Shown here: piece after piece, positions 1 to 11,284 of the stretch
Numbering within the stretch: the stretch's first letter is position 1
Layout of the letters: every line of letters begins with the position of its first letter
Source of the DNA: Azolla caroliniana
Lineage: Eukaryota > Plantae > Polypodiophyta
Assembly (NCBI GenBank): GCA_043228905.1
Contig: JBHGNT010000010.1
Location: 15,748,001 to 15,812,000, forward strand
Direction of reading: 5' to 3'
Length of the DNA: 64,000 bases
Notes under the pieces: generated by a model
Databases searched by the model: none
The model's input: the letters and a program-made list of their open reading frames with translations, nothing else
Told to the model about the DNA's origin: nothing
Program-made: the position numbers and the translations under genes

Positions 1-369
1 TTTTTGTAGTGTCCTTAATTAATGTCATTTGTTTCATTTTAAATCTGAAAATGTTGCTTTGGTTTGAAATAAGTTTGTATTATGTTGCATTACAAGGGGA
101 TTGTATGTATGTGGTGTGTACATGTAACACACATACTCTATACATTTATATATGTATATACACATACATACACATATTAAATAGATACGTATAAATCATT
201 GTTGACATGTCCCTACATCAAGCATCTATCTTCTCTCCATTGTCATATATTGGGTTCTTCCTCAAACATGTCTGTTGTGGTGTCCCTGTTTTGTCCCAAT
301 TGGGACCCTGTCCCAAAACTGACTAGGACTCACCAAGGGGCCCAATCCTAGTCCCAACAAAGGCACCAC

Positions 370-3300
370 TAGGAATGGGCTCGGTTTCGACTCAAATTGA
401 ACCCAACTGTTAAGCCATGGTTTAACGGTTTATCAGTTTCAAAAAAGTTTAATGGTTTGGTTTGGTTCAAGTTATAAATAAATGTTTCGATTTCATTTCG
501 GTTCAGTTCCAATACTCAAGTTTATTGGTTTATAGGTTTGGCTTAAAGGTTTTTGGGTTTTTGGTGAACTTTTTTTTTCCCCCTTAATGATTTATTAATT
601 TAATGTTTTTCTATTTATTTAATTAATGCTTATTTAATTTAATGGTTTAATTAATCACCTCTAGAAACATGCTAGAGGAATTTGGACAGGGGATGATACA
701 TCTCATTCCCAAAAGTGGTGGGAGTGCCAATGACATTAGTAAGTGGCGGCTCATAACTCTCCTCAATACTATCTATAAGTTGCTTGCAGAAATCATGGCA
801 CGCCGCTTAGCACCACTTCTCCCTCAGCTCATTCATCCGTCCTAGAAAGGTTTTGTTAGAAATCGGAGCATCCTAAACAATCTCTTCTCATTTTGGGAAG
901 CAATAGCCCTTGCCAAGCGTACCAACAACAAGGTCGTTGTGGTGCTCCTAGATTTTGAGAAAGCATATGACTGGGTATGCTGGAAATTTCTAGAAAGTGT
1001 GATGGGGAAATTTGGCTTTCACGAATCATGGATCAAAGGCATTAAATCAAGACTTTATAGGAACGCCACCAATTGTGTTTCACTAGCAGGTGAAAGGCGC
1101 CCTTTCTTCCGAATATCACGATCTGTACGACAGGGCTGCCCACTGGCTCCATCCTTATTCCTATTCTACGCCGAAGCACTCTCTAGCTTTCTCAACTCGC
1201 GGCACCTAAGCCTACGTGGTCTTCGTGTGTCGCATTCTCACCAAAGCCTCCTAGATATAGAATTTGTAGATGACACCACGGTCTACTTGGAAAATTTACA
1301 AAAGCTAGAAAGTGGTCTAGACGTATTTTGCAAGAGATCCAATGCCATGATCAATTGGCACAAATCCTGTGCAATATGGCTCTCTCATGATGCACATCTT
1401 GTGTGGCACCCAGATCCTGCTTTCAAGTGGATCAATCAAGGAGAGAGCAGCAAATATTTGGGTTTCCAAATTGGGTTCAACATACCTCCATAAACTATGA
1501 TTACACCAGTTATTCACTCCATACGACAAAAGTTAATACATTGGAGTTCCAAAAAACTCTCGCTAGCGGGGCACATCATAATGGTAAACCAGGTATTACT
1601 TGCAATAACATGGTACAACCTATCATGTTGGACAATCTCCAAGGAAAGTATAAACTAGATTCAACGACTGGTACGCAATTACATTTGGTCTGGTAAGGAA
1701 GATCATGCAATTCGGGCCAAGGTGACGTGGCCTATACTCACATCACCTAAGTCGAGAGGAGGATTGGATCTTATTGATCCCCTCTCACAATCAAAAACCC
1801 TACTGCGAGGACTCCAACCAGGGAATGACTGCTAGAAAATGCTAATGCGGTTACGCTTCGCTTACTTTAGGCCACTAAAAGGGACCAATTGGCCCCCCCA
1901 AACTGGATGGATTCTAAACATGGATCTCAAACCTAGTTTCTCTCACCAACTAGAGGATAGATTTAGTGTATCCTTGTGGAAGGCGTGGTGTGACATTAGA
2001 CGAGGACTCAAGTGTGATCAACCCAATTCCGAACCTGCCTGGCTCAGTCAACGTATCCTTTGGAACCCATGTATTAGGGATGAATCTAATCAACTAATTG
2101 GATCAAGCAAGGGGTTGTCATGGGGATACATGGTGTAAGGTCCAGGAAAAAGTATAGAATGTTGGAGACGGTTTATGTCATTACAAATACAAGACCAAGC
2201 CAACATCCTCTATGGAATCAGGGGCGAATGGGCTATGAGATCTGAAATTATAAACGCTCTATTGATTAGGGAAGATGCTCATTAAAGGATGACAACAGAG
2301 AAGTGGATAGGTTACATGGAGGAGGGCTCTTTGCTCCCAAGAGGTAGGGACACACTGGATAGGATCGAAGGCTCTGAACTACAGGACAACGAGACATCAA
2401 CACAACATAAGGCAATTCGAGTACTAGCATATACTGGGCATAAATGGATTGTAGATCCTGATCCAGTCAAAGTACAACCAGATTGGCACATATGTACTCA
2501 TGAAAACACATGGCTACGTAAGGTCAGTTGGGACCCTTTGCAATGGACATGGTGTGATCCTTACGCGGGTCAAGGAAGCAAACCTATCCCTTTCTTTTAA
2601 TTCACAACTAGATTGGGTCGTCATATTATAGCCGCTCAATCTGCTCGAGATCCGGCTGCTGCAAAGGTCTAGAAAACATATCATGTTCCGTACACAATTA
2701 TCACCAAGGTTTAGCAGAAACTCTAGAAATAACAACACGCGAGGCGAATCACCACTTTCCAATGGCTATTAATACATAGGCCACTACCAGTTGGTGCATG
2801 GCAGCGTGGGAACCTCAACTCTCCTAATTGTGTAGTGTGTCCAATTGTAGTAGAATCAATACGACATGCTCTATGGGACTGCCTAGAGTCCCATCGAATA
2901 TGGCAGGGGGTTGGCCGGTTATTGCAATTATGCCAAGCGCAAGGCTCAATCAAGTGGGGGAATGTATGTTGGCTATCATGGCAAGCCCCAATTGACAGAT
3001 ATGAGCATCAAGAAGAGTGGATGACTTTGGTTATAAAAGCACAAGAGGTTTTTTTCTCCACCATCGGCAATATCCACTCAACTCCTATTAGTGCCAAATC
3101 TCAAGTTGTGTTGGACTTGGTCAGCCCAATAACTCTTTGGATTTTATGGAAACAACAGTGTAGATGGGTCTTCTCCAACCAAAGCGCGCAACCAATAATG
3201 TTAATGCAAGAGATATGGAGTGAAGTTGTAGCCACTCTAAAGAGCCAATATGATGGCCTCAAGGGCAACTCCGATAGAGTTGAAAGACGACTAGACTAGC

Positions 3301-3768
3301 CTTTATCCAACAATGGTCGTCCTCTCCATTTCTTGAGGCAGTGGGCATCCACATAAGATGGACCTATCGTGTCCCTATAGGGATTTGTATATAATAATCT
3401 CATCTATAAAATCTTTATAACTAAAGGAAGGAGTTTTTTTTGGAAAAAAAGAGAGGTTTAATTAATGTTTTTTTATTGATTTAAATTTTTTAACTTAAAT
3501 ATTTATTTAGTTTAATGTATTTTTGTTTATTCAATTTGACTTAAGTGGTTAGGATTAAATTTTTTATTAAATGGTTCGGTTTGGTTGTAACTTTTCCCTA
3601 AACGGTTTGGGTTTAAATGGTTTAGTTTACCTTTTCTTAAATGGTTTAGTTTAAATCGCTTGAGATTTCCTAAACGGTTTGGTTTGGTTTGGTTTTTGTT
3701 TTATATAAATGGTTCGGTTCGGTTTCAAGGCAAAGAAACCAAACCAAACCAAACGGGGCCCATTGCTA
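370..3768. mobile_element. hAT-type MITE (~590 bp of own sequence: 370-655 and 3467-3768), interrupted by a LINE
   Basis: 8-bp TSD GGCACCAC at 362-369 and 3769-3776. Imperfect TIRs: TAGGAATGGGCTCGGTTT on the left, TAGCAATGGGCCCCGTTT as reverse complement of the right end. Many subterminal GGTTT/GGTTCGG motifs. An 8-bp TSD with TAG termini is typical of hAT. Confidence 0.85.
656..3454 (+). mobile_element. 5'-truncated, decayed L1-clade LINE (ORF2 RT, zf-RVT region and 3' tail)
   Basis: RT motifs LLDFEKAYDWV, SVRQGCPLAPSLF, FVDDTT and KYLG; cysteine region CxVC...ESIRHALWDC (2835-3299); several stops and frameshifts; A-rich end; 12-bp TSD GGTTTAATTAAT at 644-655 and 3455-3466. Confidence 0.9.
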
Positions 3769-3968
3769 GGCACCACCTTGGTTTGGGACAACCTAGTCCC
3801 AACGGGTAGTCCCAAATGATTAGTCACAACAACCATATTCGGCCTATATAAGGAGGATCACTCCTCATTTGTAACTAATTCTCTGATTCCCACTTTCTCA
3901 TTCTCAATTTACCATTTTGCTCTAAGGAGCGTGGAATTGATCTCTCTTTCTTTCTCTCTTAGCTAATA

Positions 3969-4451
3969 TGGGAGTTGTCCCGACGTGTCCCCAACTCCGG
4001 ATATTGGTTTGCCCCAATTTAAGACTGTTGTAAGCTTTTCTTGTTAATATGACATATGAGCCTGTTTTGTGTCCCAACTTGTTTACCAATTGCGTTTTGT
4101 ATGCATTTTAAGATCCCCATGAAATAGGGGTTTCTGGAATGCAAAAAGATGTTGAAAAAGTTAAATCAATAGCACTGGAAAATACATCTAGGGAGCCCCA
4201 TATGCTATGCACCCACATTTCATGGGGGTCTTAAAATGCATGCAAAACGCGATTGGTAAACAAGTTGAGACACAAAACATGCTCATATATCATATTAACA
4301 AGAAAAGCTTACAACAGTTTTAAATTGGGACAAACCAATATCCGGAGTTGGGGACAAGTCGGCACAACTCCCAGCGTAGCATATGGGCTCCCTAGATGTA
4401 TTTTCCAGTGCTATTGATTTAACTTTTTCAACATCTTTTTGCATTCCAGAA
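3969..4451. repeat. Interleaved inverted repeats A(3969-4125) B'(4132-4210) A'(4217-4373) B(4374-4451)
   Basis: 4217-4373 is the reverse complement of 3969-4125 with scattered substitutions. 4132-4210 is the reverse complement of 4374-4451, which is PPR coding sequence. Confidence 0.9.
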
Positions 4452-6967
4452 GCTACATAAATATCTGCCATAAGGGTATATGCTCCACACCTATTATCGA
4501 TTCGCACTGCCTCATCGAAAGCTAATCTCCCCACCTTCACATTTCCCCATTTCTTACAAGCACTTAATAGTGTGATCCAAACAGGAAGATAATCTGGAAA
4601 TGGCAACATTTCAATCACCGACATTGCCTTATTGAACTGCCCCAAACGTCCCAAAACGGAAACCATGCAGGTATAGTGTTCTACATCCGGAATTATACCA
4701 TATTTTCCACACATTTCGTGAAAATATAGATGGGCCTCTTCTAAACGCCCTGAGTGACTACAAGCATTTAAAATGCTTACAAATGTGACTGTATCTGGGG
4801 AAAGACCCTCAGCTTGCATCTCTTTGAAACAGTTTAGTGCTTCTTGAGCTAGCCCATTTTCAGCATATCCACGAATCAATGCATTCCATGAGACTACATC
4901 TCGTATAGGAAGCTCTTTCATGAGGACTTCTTGTGCTTTTGCAAGCATGCCATATTTGGTATACATATCCACCAACACATTTCCAAGAACAATATCTTTC
5001 ACTAGTATGCCCTTGCTACCTACCTCATTATGAATTAGCACGCCCTTCTCAATAGACCCCGTGTTGCCACACGCCTTCAAGGCACAAGACAGGATGGATG
5101 CATTAGGCGAGAAACCCTCATCTTGCATTTGTTCCAAACAACGCAACGCTTCATGGTCTTCACCTTGTCGTATATACCCTGAAATTAATGATAGCCACGA
5201 GATGGCATCACGACGAAAAAGGTCGTAATGCATGTGGTTTGCTTCCAAAAGCGCACCACATTTGGCATACATATCTAGCAAGGAAGTGCCAAGTACTATA
5301 TCATGTTTCTCCAAAAGCCCTCTACTGATAATCTCTTCATGAATTTGTTTGCCCTTGTCGATGGCGTGAGCTCTACTACAAGACTTCAAAATACAAATGA
5401 ATGTGACTGCATCAGGAGGAAGACCCTCATTTTGCATTAATTTCAAACACTTGAATGTGTTTTGGCCATGCCCATGTTCGGCATATCCTGAAATTAGTGC
5501 ATTCCAAGATATAACACTATGTTCGTAAAGCTCGTCATGCACTTGTTGAGCTTTTGCTAGCATACCAAATTCGGCATACATATCTACCAAAGCAGTGCCA
5601 AGTACAACATCTTTCTGAATATTTAAACCTCTATTCAAAATCTCATCAAGAATTTGTTCGCTCTTTTTTATAGCATTCGTAATTCCACATGCCTTTAAAA
5701 TGTGAACGAAGGTGATTGCTTGTGGGGAGACACCCTCTCTTTGCATTTGTTCAAAGCAATCGAATGCTTCATAAGCTTGCCCTTTTCGGATATATTCTCC
5801 TATCAGCGAAGACCAAGAGACTACATCCCGAACAGGAAGTTCTTCAAGAACTTCGTGTGCTTTCCAAGGTACACCACATTTTCCATACATATCCACTAAA
5901 GCATTTCCGACTGCGATTTCATCATCAAATATGCCCCTACTCAAAATCTCACTATGAATTTGTTCGCCAATGTCGAGAATTCCTATGCTACCACAAGCTT
6001 TTAATAAACAAACAAAAGTGACTGCATTTGGAAAGATACATTCACTTTGCATTTGTTTGGAACAACTTAATGCCTCGTATCCTTGCCCTTGTTCAACATA
6101 ACCTGCGATAAGAGCTGACCATGAGATAACATCTCGAGCACACAGACCATCATGTACTTTTTGTGCTTTTGCAAGAAAACCACATTTACCATACATATCT
6201 ACCAATGCTGTACCAAGTACTGAATTTTTCTCCAACAATCCTCGATTGACAACCTCCTCATGAAGTTTTTCTCCCATTTCTATAGATCTTGTACTGCTAC
6301 AAACCTTTAACATACATGTAAATGTGACCTCATCAGGGGTGATTCCTTCAGTTTTCATCTCTTCGAAACACTTGAAAGCTTCTTGAGCTTTCCCATGTTG
6401 GGTATATCCAGCGATGAGTGAAGACCAAGAGACGACATTCCGGACTGGGATCTCCTTAATAAGCACTTTTCGTGCTTCCATAAACATATCAAATTTGGCA
6501 TACATATACACCAAACTATTACCCAGCACCGTATTCTTCTTCTTCCTCAAAAAGAAGCCATTTCTGACAATTCGATCATGGATTGACATACCTTTTCCAA
6601 TGGTACCCATATTTCCACATGCTTTTAAGATACAAATCAAAGTAACGGCATTAGGAAAGAGACCTTCTCCTTGCATTTGTTCATAACAATTCAATGCTTC
6701 ATGGACTCTTCCCTTTTGCATATAACCTTCAATAAGCATGTTCCAAGAGGATACATTTCTATCACATAGATTATCATGCATTTGATGTGCTTTTGCAAGC
6801 ATACCACATTTGGCATACATACAAATTATAGCATTGACAAGGGAAGGGATCTTTTGAACGAAGCCAAGCTTCTCAATATCTCCATGTAATCTAATGCCTT
6901 TGCAAATATCTTTAGATTTGGCACAATTTCTAAGCAAACCCACAATTTCTTCTTTTGGGTTCTTCAT
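4295..6967 (-). CDS. PLS-class pentatricopeptide repeat protein, E subclass with no DYW domain; probable organellar RNA-editing specificity factor
   Basis: Intronless 890-aa ORF with about 23 motifs in P-L-S triplets (VVSWxxLIxGY / VTFxCILKACG / LGxALVDMYxKCG). It ends in P2-L2-S2 (VTFVSILNACSHSG, EHYTCMV) and E1/E2 (WITLLSACKKWG, AYTLMADIY). Confidence 0.93.
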   Translation of the reverse strand: MKNPKEEIVGLLRNCAKSKDICKGIRLHGDIEKLGFVQKIPSLVNAIICMYAKCGMLAKAHQMHDNLCDRNVSSWNMLIEGYMQKGRVHEALNCYEQMQGEGLFPNAVTLICILKACGNMGTIGKGMSIHDRIVRNGFFLRKKKNTVLGNSLVYMYAKFDMFMEARKVLIKEIPVRNVVSWSSLIAGYTQHGKAQEAFKCFEEMKTEGITPDEVTFTCMLKVCSSTRSIEMGEKLHEEVVNRGLLEKNSVLGTALVDMYGKCGFLAKAQKVHDGLCARDVISWSALIAGYVEQGQGYEALSCSKQMQSECIFPNAVTFVCLLKACGSIGILDIGEQIHSEILSRGIFDDEIAVGNALVDMYGKCGVPWKAHEVLEELPVRDVVSWSSLIGEYIRKGQAYEAFDCFEQMQREGVSPQAITFVHILKACGITNAIKKSEQILDEILNRGLNIQKDVVLGTALVDMYAEFGMLAKAQQVHDELYEHSVISWNALISGYAEHGHGQNTFKCLKLMQNEGLPPDAVTFICILKSCSRAHAIDKGKQIHEEIISRGLLEKHDIVLGTSLLDMYAKCGALLEANHMHYDLFRRDAISWLSLISGYIRQGEDHEALRCLEQMQDEGFSPNASILSCALKACGNTGSIEKGVLIHNEVGSKGILVKDIVLGNVLVDMYTKYGMLAKAQEVLMKELPIRDVVSWNALIRGYAENGLAQEALNCFKEMQAEGLSPDTVTFVSILNACSHSGRLEEAHLYFHEMCGKYGIIPDVEHYTCMVSVLGRLGQFNKAMSVIEMLPFPDYLPVWITLLSACKKWGNVKVGRLAFDEAVRIDNRCGAYTLMADIYVASGMQKDVEKVKSIALENTSREPICYAGSCADLSPTPDIGLSQFKTVVSFSC

Positions 6968-8656
6968 TTCTCATGGTTTCCTTCCTTGATCAGTTCTCAA
7001 TCACCATTCCCCTGCTTTTCTCTCATCAACAAAGATTCCACAGCTCTTTCAACAAACATTGCCATTGAGAGGGGGAAAGAATCTTCACATTCGCAAAGAT
7101 TCCCGTGAGGTGAGAGTATCTTCACATTCAGAAAGATTCCACAGAGGGTTCTCATGACAGTATCCTCTTTTATTCATTAAGCTTGCTACCCATTTATTCA
7201 AACATATATATAAAGGGAACTACAGGGTCAGGGGTTCCCCATCCTTAAGTTCTACACATCTTTGGTACAAGGGCCATGTATCAATTGTCCTATATACATT
7301 ACCGAATGTATAGAACTAACTAAATGGTTTGATTGCCAATATGATCGGCTATCAACGCAAGGTTGTGGCAAGGTGGTTAGTAGACCAGTGTAGGGATCAA
7401 ACAAGGTCACGTGTCCGCATCCTTGCTACTACACATCTTCTTTTGTTCCAAGGGCATATCACTTGTCCCAAACACATCGAATGTACACATTTAACTAAAT
7501 GGTATGCTTTTTTCGGCCATCGGCACAAGATTGTGGTAAGGTAAGTTAGTTATATCAACTTAAGATTGTGGGCTCAAACCCATACTTTCTTAAATATCTA
7601 GTACACCATATATTAGCCCGTAATTGGTATGATTTTGGTCGCTAACTATCCTATAACATTTTTGAAGTAATGGTAAGTTGTTTTAGATTGTCAACACAAT
7701 GTTGCAAATTCAAATATGTTCTCACATATTTGATACAACAGATTTGGCTTCACTTAAAGTGTACTATGTGCCATATCGGTGTACCAAACTACCTAACTTT
7801 TGACTTCCAAGCAAATTGATAGAGACATCTCAACTATGGCGCTCTCACTATCAAACTTTCCCGAAATTGCTTCTTTTACCGTTTTAATTACTTAACCTTT
7901 TTTCAATTGGAAAGTTGTTGTCATCTTTCGTTAGCCATTGGAGTTGTCTAGTTGATAATCATATTTCTTTTCTCAAAAAGTTTTTCTTATATGCATTTTA
8001 CTTCATACACCACAAGTGACCCAAAGGTACTAGTCCTTAACTCGTTTACCTTCTTTGGTAGAAATTTATTATGGTTAGACATCAAACTTGTCATCTCAAC
8101 CATTTGAGTTATTGTATGGAAGTTATTGCCATCTCAACCATTTGAGTTGATATGGGCATATAATGTTAGAGAAAGAGATCATTCACTTTTTTAGCTTTTT
8201 ATGGTGGAAAATCATGGAGGCTTGACTTCTTGATCATTAACGATGTTGTTGGCCATCTAACAAGTCAAGCGTAAAGCAATATATCTTTTGGCCAAAGGTT
8301 TTTCCTATTTCATCTTTTTAATGCTATGAAATTATTAGAGATATTATCCCCGTTTAACCTTGACATGATAAGTTAGCTCCATGAAACATTAAATTTATTG
8401 TCCATCATTATGTTTATCATATAGTAGCCATTCATTAAGTGTGCACTTTGACCTCAAGGAAAAAGTGCACACTTAGGGCATTTTACACGATTTGTTTTCT
8501 CCTAACAACAATTGATCAAACCCTCCTTGTTGTTGTAATCACTCCCACATTGTTGCTCAACACCTACTGCTCACCACATTGTTGCATATACATTGTTCCT
8601 ACATTCAACTCCACGTATGTAGACTTTGTGTACATGCCCAAAAGCAGGTTTGATTG

Positions 8657-9083
8657 CTAAACCATGCATTTTCAGTCTATATGTTGAATTTAGTTTAGGT
8701 AAATGCTAATACATGTTAATTAGATGCACAAATGTGTGGTTTCCTTCAAAGGGAAAGGGAGATTCCCAAATAATCGATTGTAAAAGCTTAATGGATTGTG
8801 CACTTGACATATTAAGGAACTATGAAAGAATGGCCTCCAATATTGTGCTCCTTTTATTATTATTACTAAACCATGCATTTTCAATCTATATATTGCATTT
8901 AGTTTAGGTAAACGCTAATACATGTCAATTAGATGCACAAATGTGTGGTTTTCTTCAGAAGGAAAAGGATATTCCAAAATAATGGATTGTAAAAGCTTAA
9001 TGGATTGTGTGCACTTGACATATTAAGGAACTATGAAAACATGACCTCTAATATTGTGCTCCTATTTTTATTACTAAACCATG
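8657..9083 (+). repeat. Tandem duplication with a period of about 209 bp, inside the pogo-like element
   Basis: CTAAACCATGCATTTTCA...AGATGCACAAATGTGTGG units start at 8657 and 8866, with a third CTAAACCATG start at 9074. Confidence 0.85.
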
Positions 9084-9299
9084 AATAGAGAAAAGATGAG
9101 ATCAATGGGTTCTTTATGGCTGAATTGTACTCCATATGGTGAATTCAATTTCTGTAAATGTTAATATGTTGATTAGATGCACAAATGTGTGGTAAATGAG
9201 TAATGGATTGTGCACTTTTACAATTCCTATTTTCTCATGGAGTTTGAAATTTTGACCATGTCAAAAGCTTACTGCTATTTAACTCAATGTGAAACTAGG

Positions 9300-10182
9300 T
9301 AATTAGCATTATTACAGAGATGAATTCAATCCAAAAGTGAGGTGTTGGATCTCGTTTAAATGATGAGCAAAGGTTGTAACAAATTTTGGAGTTATTGGAA
9401 CAACCATCATCTCCTTCTCTTCACAACATAGGTAGACAATTTGTTGTAAGCGAATTTGCAATAAGAGGTTTGATTAACAACAAGGATGAGGTACGAATGT
9501 GTGTTCAACAAAATGATCAAAATTCAAGAAAAACAACTTTTAGAGTATCAAATGGAAAATAACCTAAATTAGAGGAACAATTATATGCTTGTATTGATGC
9601 ATATCATCAATTGTCAATTGCATTGCCTCCATCAATTAGTATGGAAAAGGCTCTGAAGCTTAGTTGCACAAATTAATATTTTTTATGATGAATTCAAGGC
9701 AACTAAGGGTAGGTTATCGCCAATGTTTGAATACTATTAGTTTGTATGGTGGAGGGGCAATTGATTGAAATGACATTGAATTGTTGGCTTCTTTGGCTAT
9801 ATGCTATAGTCAATGAGTATGATCTTAGTTGCGTTTATAATATGGATGAAACAAATTTGTTTTTTCGATTAGTTCCAAGATACACAATCCTTTTGCCTAG
9901 TGAAGATCCTACAACAATTCGAGGTAAGAGAAATTTATTAGGTAGAATTACCTTAGCTGTTTGTTCTAATGCAACTGGAACTAAAAAAGTTGTTATATTG
10001 GAAAGGCTTCCTATATTGACATTGTTGGAGAGATTGATGAAGTTATAACACAAGCTTCCAACACCAATCAACCACTTGCATGTGATGAAAACAATTCAGA
10101 TTTTGAGTTTCTTGAGATGCAATATATATATATATGGATGCTTAAAGGAAGAAGATGTGATCATTTCCCGAACTATTGCAAC
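9300..10182 (+). pseudogene. pogo/Tigger transposase pseudogene (CENP-B-type HTH and DDE_1); C-terminal part resumes at about 27817-28000
   Basis: PKLEEQLYA..ID...MEKALKL (HTH), FKATKGRL, VYNMDETNLFFRLVPRYT and GKRNLLGRITLAVCSNATGTKK. The distal piece ends RQMTLHDF, resembling Tigger C-termini. Confidence 0.8.
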
Positions 10183-10626
10183 GTATTTGTCACATACATG
10201 ACAACCGTTATGTCAAGATTTGAACGGTTGACCTTTTGAATTATAGTCAAGTGTTATTGTTGAGAATCAAGCTCAACTTGTGTGAACATGTGCTTATGAA
10301 GAAAAGGAGTATGGGTAAAAAAGTGTGTGAAAACACTTTATTGTAATCCGTGTAGTTGCCGAGTGTTAATGTAGTAAAAAAATATTAGATATTCTTATGA
10401 CAAAATCATACTCAAGTGGATATCTTGGTTAGATTGAACCAACACATTTAATATGGCAGTCCCTTGAGGACTTGTATATAAAACCCCCTTTGCCCATTCT
10501 GTTTTGTTGATGATCTTTTGATAATTAATATAGCTCTCTTAAGTGCATAAGTTGTCATCCCCCTATTGTGTGTTTTCTTATTTTTTTGGTTATTCTCTGT
10601 AATTCCTTCTCTTGCTTATATATTCA

Positions 10627-10661
<35 letters not shown>

Positions 10662-11197
10662 CGCTTCTGAATACTAAACTCTAATAGAGTTGGATTCTTT
10701 ACATGGTATCAGAGCGTGAGGGTTAGAGATCCTTCACTGAGCTCTACCATTGAAACTGTGTGAGCAACTAGAGACATTGTTTTAAAACCTGGTATCGTCG
10801 CTGTAGTTTTGCACAGCAAGAGGCTCACATTAACAAGATCATACGAATCAAGCTAAATTAGAAAAATGAATGCACAGATGGGTAGCGCACTTCCAATAGA
10901 GAAGTTGGACAGGCACAACTACACATATTGGGAATATAAGATGCATCAATACCTAGTTGGACAAGGGTATTGGAGTTATATCGAGGGACCTCAAGAAACA
11001 ACCCCTGATAGTACAAATCTCAGTTACTACCCCACATGGCAACAAGGCACCAATAGGGTGATGTATTGTTCGGCAACATGTCTGCAAGATCATATGTTAA
11101 GCTATATTCGTGATGCGAAATCCCCAACAAAAGTGTGGAAAAACTTGAAGAAGATTTTTGCAACTTCAACCACAACGAGAAAACTTCAACTCCGGTA

Positions 11198-11236
11198 TGT
11201 AAACGTAAGTGTTTGCGGAAGCGTAAAACAGAGAAC

Positions 11237-11284
<48 letters not shown>

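Noticed and set aside
200-4125. Host sequence around the hAT MITE as an LTR (TGTTG start, CCTATATAAGG box)
   Set aside because: LTR-like, but no matching 3' terminus or TSD could be established after the inversion, so it is not called as a feature.
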